Assembly: GCA_035296385.1 (NCBI GenBank)
Contig: DATHBB010000171.1
Location: 7,329 to 71,328, forward strand
DNA length: 64,000 bases
Reading direction: 5' to 3'
Origin: Pyrinomonadaceae bacterium
GTDB taxonomy: Bacteria; Acidobacteriota; Blastocatellia; Pyrinomonadales; Pyrinomonadaceae
Position numbers and translations under genes: made by a program. This document shows positions 19,621 to 26,938 of the stretch, piece after piece. The notes under the pieces were generated by a model. That model did not search any database. It was given only the letters and a program-made list of their open reading frames with translations, and was not told where the DNA came from. Every line of letters begins with the position of its first letter. The first letter of the stretch is position 1.

Positions 19621-20001
19621 ATGCGACGAATTTTGGCTCTTTTGAGCCTTGCGGCTCTGGCGACCTTCGGGGCGGCTTGCGCCGCCACCGACAACGCGAA
19701 CGTGGGTAATGCCAACAACACGAACGCCGGAAACCTGAACGCCACCAGCGGCACGACCAACGGAAACACGGGCGGCACGACCGGCGCAACGACCGGAACC
19801 GGCGCGACCGGCACGACCGCCGCGCCCGACAATCTGAACACCGGCAACGCGAACTCCGGCAACACTAATAACGCGAACTCCGGTAATACGAATCGGGGTA
19901 ACGCGAACAACACCAACGCGGGCAACGGTAACGCCAACAGCGGCACGATGCGCGGCGGCAACACGAACACGGGCACGGGCGCAAACCGCAACACCCCGTA
20001 G
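19621..20001 (+). CDS. Low-complexity Asn/Thr/Gly-rich putative lipoprotein
   Basis: Strong RBS (caggaggaacttcaATG). Signal peptide with a lipobox-like LATFGAAC. The rest is N/T/G/A repeats (GNANNTNAGN, GNANSGNTNNANSGNTN). Followed by element H4. Confidence 0.6.
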   Translation: MRRILALLSLAALATFGAACAATDNANVGNANNTNAGNLNATSGTTNGNTGGTTGATTGTGATGTTAAPDNLNTGNANSGNTNNANSGNTNRGNANNTNAGNGNANSGTMRGGNTNTGTGANRNTP

Positions 20002-20031
20002 TTTCGCCCGAACGACTCCGCGAGTCTAAAT

Positions 20032-20112
20032 AACGATGAAGTGGGAACGCGGAACGATGAACTGAAAGCAAGTGTCTTTCAGTTCATCGTTCCGCGTTCC
20101 TACTTCATCGTT
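20032..20112. repeat. Heptad-periodic palindromic element H4 (AACGATG/GGAACGC family)
   Basis: 37-nt arms (20032..20068 and 20076..20112) are complementary except for one G-T pair. The loop is 7 nt (caagtgt). It lies between convergent genes. Confidence 0.95.
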
Positions 20113-20168
20113 TTGCTTTGCGTCTCTGCGGTGCAAGGTTTCGCTTAAACCCAAACGCACGCGGGCGC

Positions 20169-22505
20169 TTATGCTTTACCGAAGAAGCGAAAGGTGAGTC
20201 CCGCCGTCACGCCGCGCGGGTAGCCGGGCGTTCCGTGAATGCGTGGGACGGCGGCGTCGTTCGGTCTGAGCCGCGACTCGAAATAGTTCTGCGTCTCGAA
20301 GTAGCGTTTGTCGGTCAAATTGTCTATCGAGAAATTGAAGTCAACCCAGCGCCGTAGGCGTTTCGTCAAACTGAAATCGATCACGTCGAGGCCGGAGGCG
20401 CGCAAGGCCGCGTCGTCCGGGTCGAGCCGGTAGTTGCCCGTGTGACGGTAGCCGAGCGAGGCGCTCAGGCCGCGATAGCCGGAGAGGATGAGCGCGGCGT
20501 TCGCGACCGTGTGCGGCGCGCCGTCAACATATGAGCGCGGGCGCGTGCCGCGAAAGAAGGCGTTGCTAACCTGAGTCAATCCGCCGTTGAAAGACAGGTG
20601 CTTCGTCAGCCGCGCCGAAGTCTTGAACTCGAAGCCGTAAGAACGGCTCGCGCCGGTGAACTCGAAACTGCCGTCGTCCGGGACATAAATTTGTTCGTTC
20701 GAGCGGTCGATGAGAAAGATGTCCGTGACGAGCGAAAAGCGTCTGAAGTTGTGCGACGTGCCGAGCTGGTAGAAATTCGTCGTCGCAACTTTCGGCGCTG
20801 TCGGCTGGCCTACGACGCCGCGCGCGTCCTGGCTCGAAATGCCGCGCCCGTAGTTGAAATAGAAGACGGCGGGGAACTTGTCCGAAGGCGCGTAAGACGC
20901 GCTGAACTTCGGCTGGAAGCGCGCGGCGTGCTCCGTGCCCGAACCCTTGGGCGAGACTCTGTCGTCCACGTCGAAGCGAAAATAGTCGAAGCGCAGACCG
21001 GCCTCGACGTGCAGGTGACCGTGCAGAAAGTCCACGCCGTTTTGCGCGTAGCCGCTCGCGTTCGTGACGCGCACGCGCGCATCGGTCAGGAGCCGCGTCG
21101 TGACGTTCGGGCTGATCTCCGCGCCGACCGTGATGGGGTTGCGCCCGACCGTCGGGTAGAGTCCCACGTTGATCTGGTTGTCGTGGTAATTTGCGCCGAG
21201 TGTGACGAGCGCGGGGTTGTTGAAGAATTTGTAAGGGCGCAAATATTGGACGTTAGCGCCTTCCTGCAAGCGCGAGTCGTGCTGTTGAATCTCGTCGCCG
21301 TTCACTTCGTCCGCGAGGAAGAAGGTGAAGTTTGAATAAAGGTCGAAGAGTGAGCGAGAGACGAAAGCGTCGGCCTTGAAGGTCGCGCCCGAGGCCGACT
21401 CGTTGCGGAAATAGAGGCCGATTGTGCCGCTCTGGACGCGACCGCCGCTGTCCGGGTCGAGCGCGCCGAAGCGATCCAGACGCCCCGCCGCCACTTCGTC
21501 GAGCGGAATCTGGCCGGAGGAGAAAAAGTTGTTTCGCGCCGCGTTCAGTTTGACGCCTGCGGCGCGCTTGTCGCTCAAGCGGCGCGTGTAGTTCAACGTC
21601 AGGTTGTCGCGGCGGTAGCGCAGAGGGTTTTGGAAAGGGCCGTCGGTGCGCGACGCTTCGTAGGCGACGAAGGCGTCGGCGCGTTCGAGTCGCGGGCTGT
21701 AGGCGAGAAAGGTGCGGAAGGTGTCGAACGAGCCGCCTTGCAGCCGGAGGGTGAGCGTGTCGGGCAGAGACTCGCGCAGGCGTATGTGGACGACACCGAG
21801 ACCGGAGAAGTCGCCGTACTGCGCGTTGAAAGGACCGTTCAGGATGTCAACGTCCTGCACGAGTTCGGGCGTCAGGCTCTTCAGGCCGCCGAGATAGCCT
21901 TGCCCGTGCCCCTGCGTCGCCTGATTCTGCTGCACGTCGTTGACGAGAACTTTGAGGCCGCCGCCCACGCCGCCGTGATCGAGGTTAAAACCGAAGCGGC
22001 GTATTTCGAGCGACTTGCCGCCGCCTTCGTGTTGTCCGGCGTTGATTCCGGCGCTCAAGGTCTGGAAGAGTTGATCGTCTCTGAGAAACAGTGTGTTGTT
22101 GAAGACGGCGTCGTTGCGCCGGTCGAGCACAGGGTCGAGCGCGGTCGCTTCGATGCGTACGCTTTCGTGAACGGGCGGGATGACGTAAGCGACACGGACG
22201 GAGAGATTTTCGCTCGACTCGTCGGGGTTGATGGTTTTAGAGACGAGCGCGAGATTCTTTCCGAAGAACCTGAGCGACAGAGTTTCGGCGGGCACAACGG
22301 CGCGAAAGTTTCCTTCGGCGTCGCTCTCGATTCGCTGCTCGCCCGAAGCGTAGCGGACGAGTATGGAGACGCCCGCGACCCGTTCGTTCTGCTGCGTGAT
22401 AATCGTGCCGGAGAGCGTGCGCGCCGTCGGCTGCGTCTGCTGCGCCGCAATTGCGGCGGGCAGAGAAAGTATGACTAAAAGAATAAAGGGCGCAAGTTTT
22501 TGCAT
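20169..22505 (-). CDS. TonB-dependent receptor with N-terminal CarboxypepD_reg-like domain
   Basis: Signal peptide MQKLAPFILLVILSLPAAIAAQ, a CarboxypepD_reg-like segment (LSGTIITQQNERVAGVSILV ... DAEGNFRAVVP), then plug-like and beta-barrel-like composition over 778 aa. Confidence 0.85.
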   Translation of the reverse strand: MQKLAPFILLVILSLPAAIAAQQTQPTARTLSGTIITQQNERVAGVSILVRYASGEQRIESDAEGNFRAVVPAETLSLRFFGKNLALVSKTINPDESSENLSVRVAYVIPPVHESVRIEATALDPVLDRRNDAVFNNTLFLRDDQLFQTLSAGINAGQHEGGGKSLEIRRFGFNLDHGGVGGGLKVLVNDVQQNQATQGHGQGYLGGLKSLTPELVQDVDILNGPFNAQYGDFSGLGVVHIRLRESLPDTLTLRLQGGSFDTFRTFLAYSPRLERADAFVAYEASRTDGPFQNPLRYRRDNLTLNYTRRLSDKRAAGVKLNAARNNFFSSGQIPLDEVAAGRLDRFGALDPDSGGRVQSGTIGLYFRNESASGATFKADAFVSRSLFDLYSNFTFFLADEVNGDEIQQHDSRLQEGANVQYLRPYKFFNNPALVTLGANYHDNQINVGLYPTVGRNPITVGAEISPNVTTRLLTDARVRVTNASGYAQNGVDFLHGHLHVEAGLRFDYFRFDVDDRVSPKGSGTEHAARFQPKFSASYAPSDKFPAVFYFNYGRGISSQDARGVVGQPTAPKVATTNFYQLGTSHNFRRFSLVTDIFLIDRSNEQIYVPDDGSFEFTGASRSYGFEFKTSARLTKHLSFNGGLTQVSNAFFRGTRPRSYVDGAPHTVANAALILSGYRGLSASLGYRHTGNYRLDPDDAALRASGLDVIDFSLTKRLRRWVDFNFSIDNLTDKRYFETQNYFESRLRPNDAAVPRIHGTPGYPRGVTAGLTFRFFGKA

Positions 22506-22528
22506 GGCGGCTATTGTACACTGAGGAC

Positions 22529-23653
22529 ATGACGGACAAAGAGCAGTTCACAATCGGGGTCGAGGAAGAATACCAGATCGTTGATCGGGAGACGCGCGAG
22601 TTGCGCCCGCGCGCCCTGCGTATCCTGCCGGAGGCGCAAGAGGCTGTGGGCGAGAGCGTCACGCCGGAACTCTACCTCTCGCAGATCGAGATCGGCACAA
22701 ATATCTGCGCGACGCTCGGAGAGGTGCGCGACGAACTCACGCACCTGCGCCGCGAAGTCATCTCCGCCGCCGAATCCGACGGCCACTGGATCGCTGCGGC
22801 GGGCACGCATCCCTTTTCTCACTGGGCGGATCAAGAGTTGACGCCCAAGCGTCGTTATCGCGGCATCGCGGATGAGTACGAACAACTGGCGCGCGAGCAG
22901 TTGATCTTCGGCTGCCACGTCCACATCGGCATGCGCGACCGCGAGGCGGCGATTCATGTGATGAACCGCGCGCGACTGTGGCTCGCGCCGCTTCTGGCGC
23001 TCGCCGCCAACTCGCCCTACTGGCTCGGCTGGGATACGGGCTACGCCAGTTTCCGCACCGAAATCTGGCGGCGCTGGCCGATGTCCGGCACGCCGCAAGT
23101 CTTTCGCTCGCGCGAAGAATACGACGCGCTCGTCGCAACTCTGGTCGAAACCGGAAGCGTGTCGGACGGGACGAAAATCTACTGGGACGTGCGCCCCTCG
23201 GCGCGCTACGAAACGCTCGAATATCGCGTCACGGACGTGTGCCTGACGATTGACGAAGCCGTCATGATCGCCGGACTCGTGCGCGCGCTCACGCGCACCG
23301 CCTACGCACACTACATGCGCGGCGAACCGCTCACCGAAGTGCGCCCCGAACTGCTCCGCGCAGCCAAGTGGCGAGCGGCGCGCTACGGCCTCGACGCAGA
23401 ACTGGTAGATGCGCGCGACGGCTGCGCGCGCCCCGCCGCCGAACTCATCGAAAAGCTGCTCGCGCACCTGCGCCCCGCGCTCGAAGAGGACGGCAACTGG
23501 GATGAAGTCGCCGCGCTCACGCGCTACACGCTGGCGCGCGGCAACGGGGCGGCGCGACAGCGTCAGGTCTTCACGCGCACCGAGAGCTACGAGGCCATCG
23601 TCGATCTCATCGTCAGCGAAACGGCCAAAGGCACGGAGCGTGCGTCGTCGTAA
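22529..23653 (+). CDS. Carboxylate-amine ligase, YbdK/GCS2 family
   Basis: FTIGVEEEYQIVD and FGCHVHIGM are family hallmarks. The start is either ATG 22529 or TTG 22514, only 8-23 nt from the divergent receptor start codon. Confidence 0.9.
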   Translation: MTDKEQFTIGVEEEYQIVDRETRELRPRALRILPEAQEAVGESVTPELYLSQIEIGTNICATLGEVRDELTHLRREVISAAESDGHWIAAAGTHPFSHWADQELTPKRRYRGIADEYEQLAREQLIFGCHVHIGMRDREAAIHVMNRARLWLAPLLALAANSPYWLGWDTGYASFRTEIWRRWPMSGTPQVFRSREEYDALVATLVETGSVSDGTKIYWDVRPSARYETLEYRVTDVCLTIDEAVMIAGLVRALTRTAYAHYMRGEPLTEVRPELLRAAKWRAARYGLDAELVDARDGCARPAAELIEKLLAHLRPALEEDGNWDEVAALTRYTLARGNGAARQRQVFTRTESYEAIVDLIVSETAKGTERASS

Positions 23654-23741
23654 AGGGGCGCAGGCCATCGTAAAATTGAAGGGAGATGTTACCTGCGCGT
23701 CGCCGGTAAGCGCGTGAGCGAATCGTTAAGGAAGCCGCGTG

Positions 23742-24152
23742 ATGGACGAGCGAAAGAGGCGTCTGAAGAAAGAGTACCTGCAACAGCGCAGGGCGATGGG
23801 CGTCTTCCTCATACGCAATACGGTCAACGACAAGGTGCTCGTCGGCGTCGGTCTCGATCTTTCAGGCATCATCAACAGCCACAAGTTCCAACTGGCGGCG
23901 GGCGTTCACCGCAACCGGCGTCTGCAAAGCGATTGGAACGCGCTCGGCGGCGCGAACTTCACCTTCGAGATTCTCGATCAACTCGAACCGCGCGCGGACG
24001 CCGAAGACGACGGGCGACAGGATTTGGCGTTTCTCGAAGAACTCTGGCTGGAGAAGTTGCAACCGTTCGGCACGCGCGGCTACAACAAACGCAAGCTGAC
24101 GAGAGAAGAGATGCTGCGGCGAATCGCAGCCGGACAGTCGCCCAAACACTGA
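23742..24152 (+). CDS. GIY-YIG domain protein
   Basis: AAGGAAG RBS 7 nt before ATG 23742. GVFLIRNTVNDKVLVGVGLDLSGIINSHKFQLAAGVHRNRRLQSDW ... FTFEILD follows the GIY-(10-11 aa)-YIG ... R ... H ... N ... E layout of small GIY-YIG proteins. Confidence 0.7.
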   Translation: MDERKRRLKKEYLQQRRAMGVFLIRNTVNDKVLVGVGLDLSGIINSHKFQLAAGVHRNRRLQSDWNALGGANFTFEILDQLEPRADAEDDGRQDLAFLEELWLEKLQPFGTRGYNKRKLTREEMLRRIAAGQSPKH

Positions 24153-24221
24153 CGCTCGAATTACGCGGAAAATTTCGTTCCGGCCTGGGCAGATTTTACC
24201 AGCCCCGTCTCAACCAGCCGG

Positions 24222-24251
24222 TTGAGACGCCTGAGAGCGGTGCGGTATAGT
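24222..24251 (+). promoter_or_regulatory. Sigma70-like promoter upstream of the tRNA-Ser locus (TTGAGA, 18-nt spacer, TATAGT)
   Basis: TTGAGA at 24222..24227 and TATAGT at 24246..24251, about 15 nt before the tRNA-like 5' fragment. Confidence 0.5.
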
Positions 24252-24266
24252 GTGTGAGCAAATTAG

Positions 24267-24302
24267 GGAGGCTTGGGCTAATTGGTAAGTCAGCAGTCTT
24301 GA
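24267..24302 (+). pseudogene. 5' half of a disrupted tRNA-Ser(UGA) gene (acceptor strand through anticodon)
   Basis: GGAGGCT TG GGC TAATTGGTAA GTC A GCAGT CTTGA is 29/36 identical to the intact tRNA-Ser 424 bp downstream. The D-loop and the C-U-UGA part of the anticodon loop are identical. Similarity stops exactly after anticodon base 36. Confidence 0.8.
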
Positions 24303-24334
24303 GTCCCGTTGTCTCTGTCGCTATATTATTTTCT

Positions 24335-24700
24335 ATGAGAATTACTCAAAGAAAAGGTGACATAGCAACTGCTCAGGCCATAGCAACCTTTACACGTTTG
24401 GGCTACGATGTGTCCATTCCGATAACGGAATCTGCTAAATATGACTTAATCGTTGATACGCCCGATGGACTCAGACGGGTACAGGTTAAATATAGCAGTG
24501 ATCGGAAAGTGGGTTTAAGAAACATCCACTCAAACGCGAGCGGGTATGTGGTGAAAAAATGTGAGCCGAACGCTTACGATTGGCTCTATATCCTCTATGC
24601 GGCGCAAACTGGATTTGAGGAATATCTGTTACCCGAATGTTTTGCGGGTCGAAACTCTGTAAGTCTCACCCCATATTCCAGGATTCTGATGGAAGGGTAG
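24335..24700 (+). CDS. PD-(D/E)XK endonuclease, I-Ssp6803I-like (homing-endonuclease-type)
   Basis: ATG 24335 gives MRITQRKGDIATAQAIATFTRLGYDVSIPITESAKYDLIVDTPDGLRRVQVKYS. This is the KG-(x)-AE ... G ... V ... P ... YDLI ... RVQVK pattern of the small PD-(D/E)XK family that includes the tRNA-intron homing endonuclease I-Ssp6803I. The ORF is visibly AT-rich relative to the flanks, and its stop codon lies inside the tRNA. Confidence 0.7.
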   Translation: MRITQRKGDIATAQAIATFTRLGYDVSIPITESAKYDLIVDTPDGLRRVQVKYSSDRKVGLRNIHSNASGYVVKKCEPNAYDWLYILYAAQTGFEEYLLPECFAGRNSVSLTPYSRILMEG

Positions 24701-24776
24701 CCTAATTGGTAAGGCAGTAGTCTTGAAAACTACCGCACGAAAGTGCTTGCAGGTTCGAGTCCTGTCCCTTCCGCCA
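24691..24776 (+). tRNA. tRNA-Ser (anticodon UGA), CCA encoded
   Basis: Manual cloverleaf. Acceptor GGAAGGG / CCCTTCC. 3-bp D stem GCC/GGC with loop TAATTGGTAA. Anticodon stem GTAGT/ACTAC with loop CTTGAAA. Long variable arm GCAC-GAAA-GTGC. T arm GCAGG-TTCGAGT-CCTGT. Discriminator G, then CCA. Confidence 0.9.
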
Positions 24777-24803
24777 TTTTGAATTTAAGGTTCGGAGACG
24801 CAT

Positions 24804-24829
24804 GACGGGTTCGAGTCCCTCAGCCTCCG
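24804..24829 (+). pseudogene. 3' end (T arm plus acceptor strand) of the disrupted tRNA-Ser gene
   Basis: GACGGG TTCGAGT CCCTC AGCCTCC G. The AGCCTCC strand is the exact complement of GGAGGCT at 24267..24273, not of the intact tRNA acceptor. The T stem has an extra C. No anticodon-stem 3' strand is present. Confidence 0.7.
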
Positions 24830-24850
24830 TTTGATTTGAGACGCACGCTT

Positions 24851-24886
24851 GAGCCGCCCCCGCTTGCCGCAGAGCATGGGCGGCTC
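24851..24886 (+). terminator. Hairpin, possible terminator of the tRNA transcription unit
   Basis: gagccgccc / gggcggctc: 9-bp stem, 18-nt loop, followed by a T-containing tract (gttcagttt). Confidence 0.4.
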
Positions 24887-24932
24887 GTTCAGTTTGCGGT
24901 TGGCGTGTGATGATAAGGAGTGAGGACGGATC

Positions 24933-26078
24933 ATGCTCGAATTTTTGACGTGTGAAACGGTGGCGGGCGCGGCGCGTGCGGCACTCTCGTCGGGGCAGAC
25001 GCTCGCGGCGAATCTCTGGCTGTGGCAGGCGCAAGCAGCGCCGACGCCTACCCCGCAAGCCGCTCTGCAAACAACACCCACGCCGATCACGCCCGCCGCA
25101 CCGCCTCCACCGGAGAGCAACGTCAACTGGGCGATCCGTTTCTGGAACAACTACCTCAACCAGAAACTTGAGATCGGCGACACGCTCAAAATCTCCGTCG
25201 CCTCGCTCATCCTCGGCGTGCTCATTCTGCTCGCCGCGTGGGTCTTGTCGCGCACGCTTCGCAGGTTGCTCGAAGGGCGTCTGGCCGCGCGCACACATCT
25301 CGATCCGGGTTTACAGTTCACGCTGCTCAGGCTCACGCATTACGTGATTCTGACGGTCGGCATCATTCTCGCCGCGAGCGTCGGGTTGAACGCGAATTTC
25401 ACTTCAGTCGCCGTCATCTTCACCGCGCTCTCGGTCGGCATCGGCTTCGGCTTGCAGTTCATCGCGGGCGACATCGCCTCCGGCTTCATACTGCTCTTCG
25501 AACGCCCCGCGCGCATCGGCGACTGGGTCACGATCACGGGGCCGGACAGCAAGCTCACCGAAGGCCGCGTGCAGGCGATCAACCTGCGCACGACATCCGT
25601 GCTGACCAACGACCGCATCACCGTCATCGTCCCGAACTCGAAACTCGTCAACGACAACCTCGTCAACTGGTCTTACGCAGACCGACGCTCGCGCATCAGT
25701 GTGCCCGTCGGGGTCTCCTATAACGCGGACGTTGATCTCGTCACGGACACGCTCTTGCGCGCCGCCGAAGGGATCACGCACGTCTTGCCCGAACCGAAGC
25801 CGAACGTGCAGTTCCTCGGCTTCGGCGAATCGTCGCTCGACTTTCGCCTGCTCGTCTGGACGGACAGGCCGCGCCGCCACCCGCAGATCAAAAGCGACAT
25901 TAACTACCGCATCTGGCGTCTCTTCAAAGAGGCCGGAATCGAAATCCCCTTCCCGCAGCGCGATCTCAACCTGCGCGGCGCGTCGCTTCGCCTGGACACG
26001 CCCGGCGGCCAACATCTCAGGCTCTCCGGCGCGGACGAAGAGGACGAAGAGCGCGAAGAAAATCTGACGCGAAGATAA
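24933..26078 (+). CDS. Mechanosensitive ion channel family protein (MscS-like)
   Basis: AAGGAG RBS. Transmembrane helices, then the MscS beta-domain RIGDWVTITGPDSKLTEGRVQAINLRTTSVLTNDRITVIVPNSKLVNDNLVNWS. Confidence 0.85.
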   Translation: MLEFLTCETVAGAARAALSSGQTLAANLWLWQAQAAPTPTPQAALQTTPTPITPAAPPPPESNVNWAIRFWNNYLNQKLEIGDTLKISVASLILGVLILLAAWVLSRTLRRLLEGRLAARTHLDPGLQFTLLRLTHYVILTVGIILAASVGLNANFTSVAVIFTALSVGIGFGLQFIAGDIASGFILLFERPARIGDWVTITGPDSKLTEGRVQAINLRTTSVLTNDRITVIVPNSKLVNDNLVNWSYADRRSRISVPVGVSYNADVDLVTDTLLRAAEGITHVLPEPKPNVQFLGFGESSLDFRLLVWTDRPRRHPQIKSDINYRIWRLFKEAGIEIPFPQRDLNLRGASLRLDTPGGQHLRLSGADEEDEEREENLTRR

Positions 26079-26085
26079 AACTTTC

Positions 26086-26228
26086 GGGGAAAGGGGAAGG
26101 GGGAAGGGATAAAGGTAAAGACAGGAAGCAGGAATTGACTCGCGCCGCTATAATTGTCTTACTCTGATTCTTTACCCTTTCCCCCTTCCCTTTTCCCTTT
26201 CCCCCTACTCATTACCCTTACCCTTTTT
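26086..26228. repeat. Heptad-periodic palindromic element H5 (GGGGAAR/GGTAAAG family)
   Basis: The left arm ggggaaa ggggaag ggggaag ggataaa ggtaaag (26086..26120) faces C/T-rich complementary repeats at 26171..26228. The central segment is about 50 nt. Pairing is imperfect. Confidence 0.8.
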
Positions 26229-26317
26229 TGCACACTTCTGCTAGGCTGTTATCGTTTCTATGAATGAACTGCCACTCAGTAAAGCGTTCGACTAAAAGAG
26301 ACGGAGTTGTCCCCCGA

Positions 26318-26938
26318 ATGCGTTCCGCACGTTCCCTGAATCCGAGCCAGCGCGCCGCCGTGCCCGATAAGCGCGAAGCCATCTTGCGCGCCGCCACCAA
26401 AGTCTTCGCCACGAACGGCTACTTCAACTCGAAGGTGGCCGACGTGGCGCGCGTCGCGGGCGTCGCCGACGGCACGGTCTATCTCTACTTCAAGAGCAAA
26501 GAGGAAATCCTGCGTTCGATCTTCGAGCGCGGCGTGAATGATGCCGTCACGGACGCGCGCGCCGAGGTCGCCTCGCTCACGGACGCGCGCGAGAAGTTGC
26601 GCCGCATCGCGCGCCTGCATCTCGAACGGCTCGGCGCGGATCGCGATCTGGCCGTCGTCTTTCAAGTCGAACTGCGCGGCTCGACGAAGTTCATGGAAGA
26701 GTTTTCCGCAGCCGGTCTCGCCGAGTACCTGCGGCTCATCCGTGAGACGCTGGAAGAGGGGCAGCGCGCCGGACTCTTTCGCGCGGAACTGAACGCGAAA
26801 GTCGTCGCCAAGATTCTCTTCGGCGCGCTCGACGAGATGGCGACCAACTGGATTCTCTCGCCGCGCGCCTACAAGCTCGCGCCGCTGGCCGATCAAGTGC
26901 TCGACATTTTTCTGAACGGAGTAAGCACCAGCAGATGA
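26318..26938 (+). CDS. TetR/AcrR family transcriptional regulator
   Basis: HTH region ILRAATKVFATNGYFNSKVADVARVAGVADGTVYLYFKSKEEIL. The stop overlaps the next start (ATGA). Confidence 0.85.
   Translation: MRSARSLNPSQRAAVPDKREAILRAATKVFATNGYFNSKVADVARVAGVADGTVYLYFKSKEEILRSIFERGVNDAVTDARAEVASLTDAREKLRRIARLHLERLGADRDLAVVFQVELRGSTKFMEEFSAAGLAEYLRLIRETLEEGQRAGLFRAELNAKVVAKILFGALDEMATNWILSPRAYKLAPLADQVLDIFLNGVSTSR

Noticed and set aside
19602-19994. 130-aa minus-strand ORF antisense to the Asn/Thr/Gly-rich gene
   Set aside because: It mirrors the low-complexity repeats (Pro/Val/Leu/Phe-rich) and lacks an RBS and signal features, whereas the plus-strand frame has a strong RBS, a signal peptide and a lipobox.
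24303-24690. Group I intron in the anticodon loop of a tRNA-Ser gene, as for the I-Ssp6803I host intron
   Set aside because: The endonuclease ORF fills almost the whole interval and is followed directly by a complete tRNA, leaving no room for a catalytic core of about 200 nt. The outer gene also lacks the 3' strand of its anticodon stem, so splicing could not restore a tRNA.
24267-24829. Integrase-mediated island integrated at a tRNA gene, with att duplications
   Set aside because: There is no integrase and the insert is only about 0.5 kb. The geometry is also wrong: both the 5' and the 3' remnants of one gene flank a different complete tRNA, and recombination between the repeated 5' halves would give a tRNA with mismatched acceptor strands.
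26121-26170. Promoter inside the H5 centre (TTGACT ... TATAAT)
   Set aside because: The two hexamers are only 8 nt apart, which is incompatible with a sigma70-type 16-18 nt spacer.
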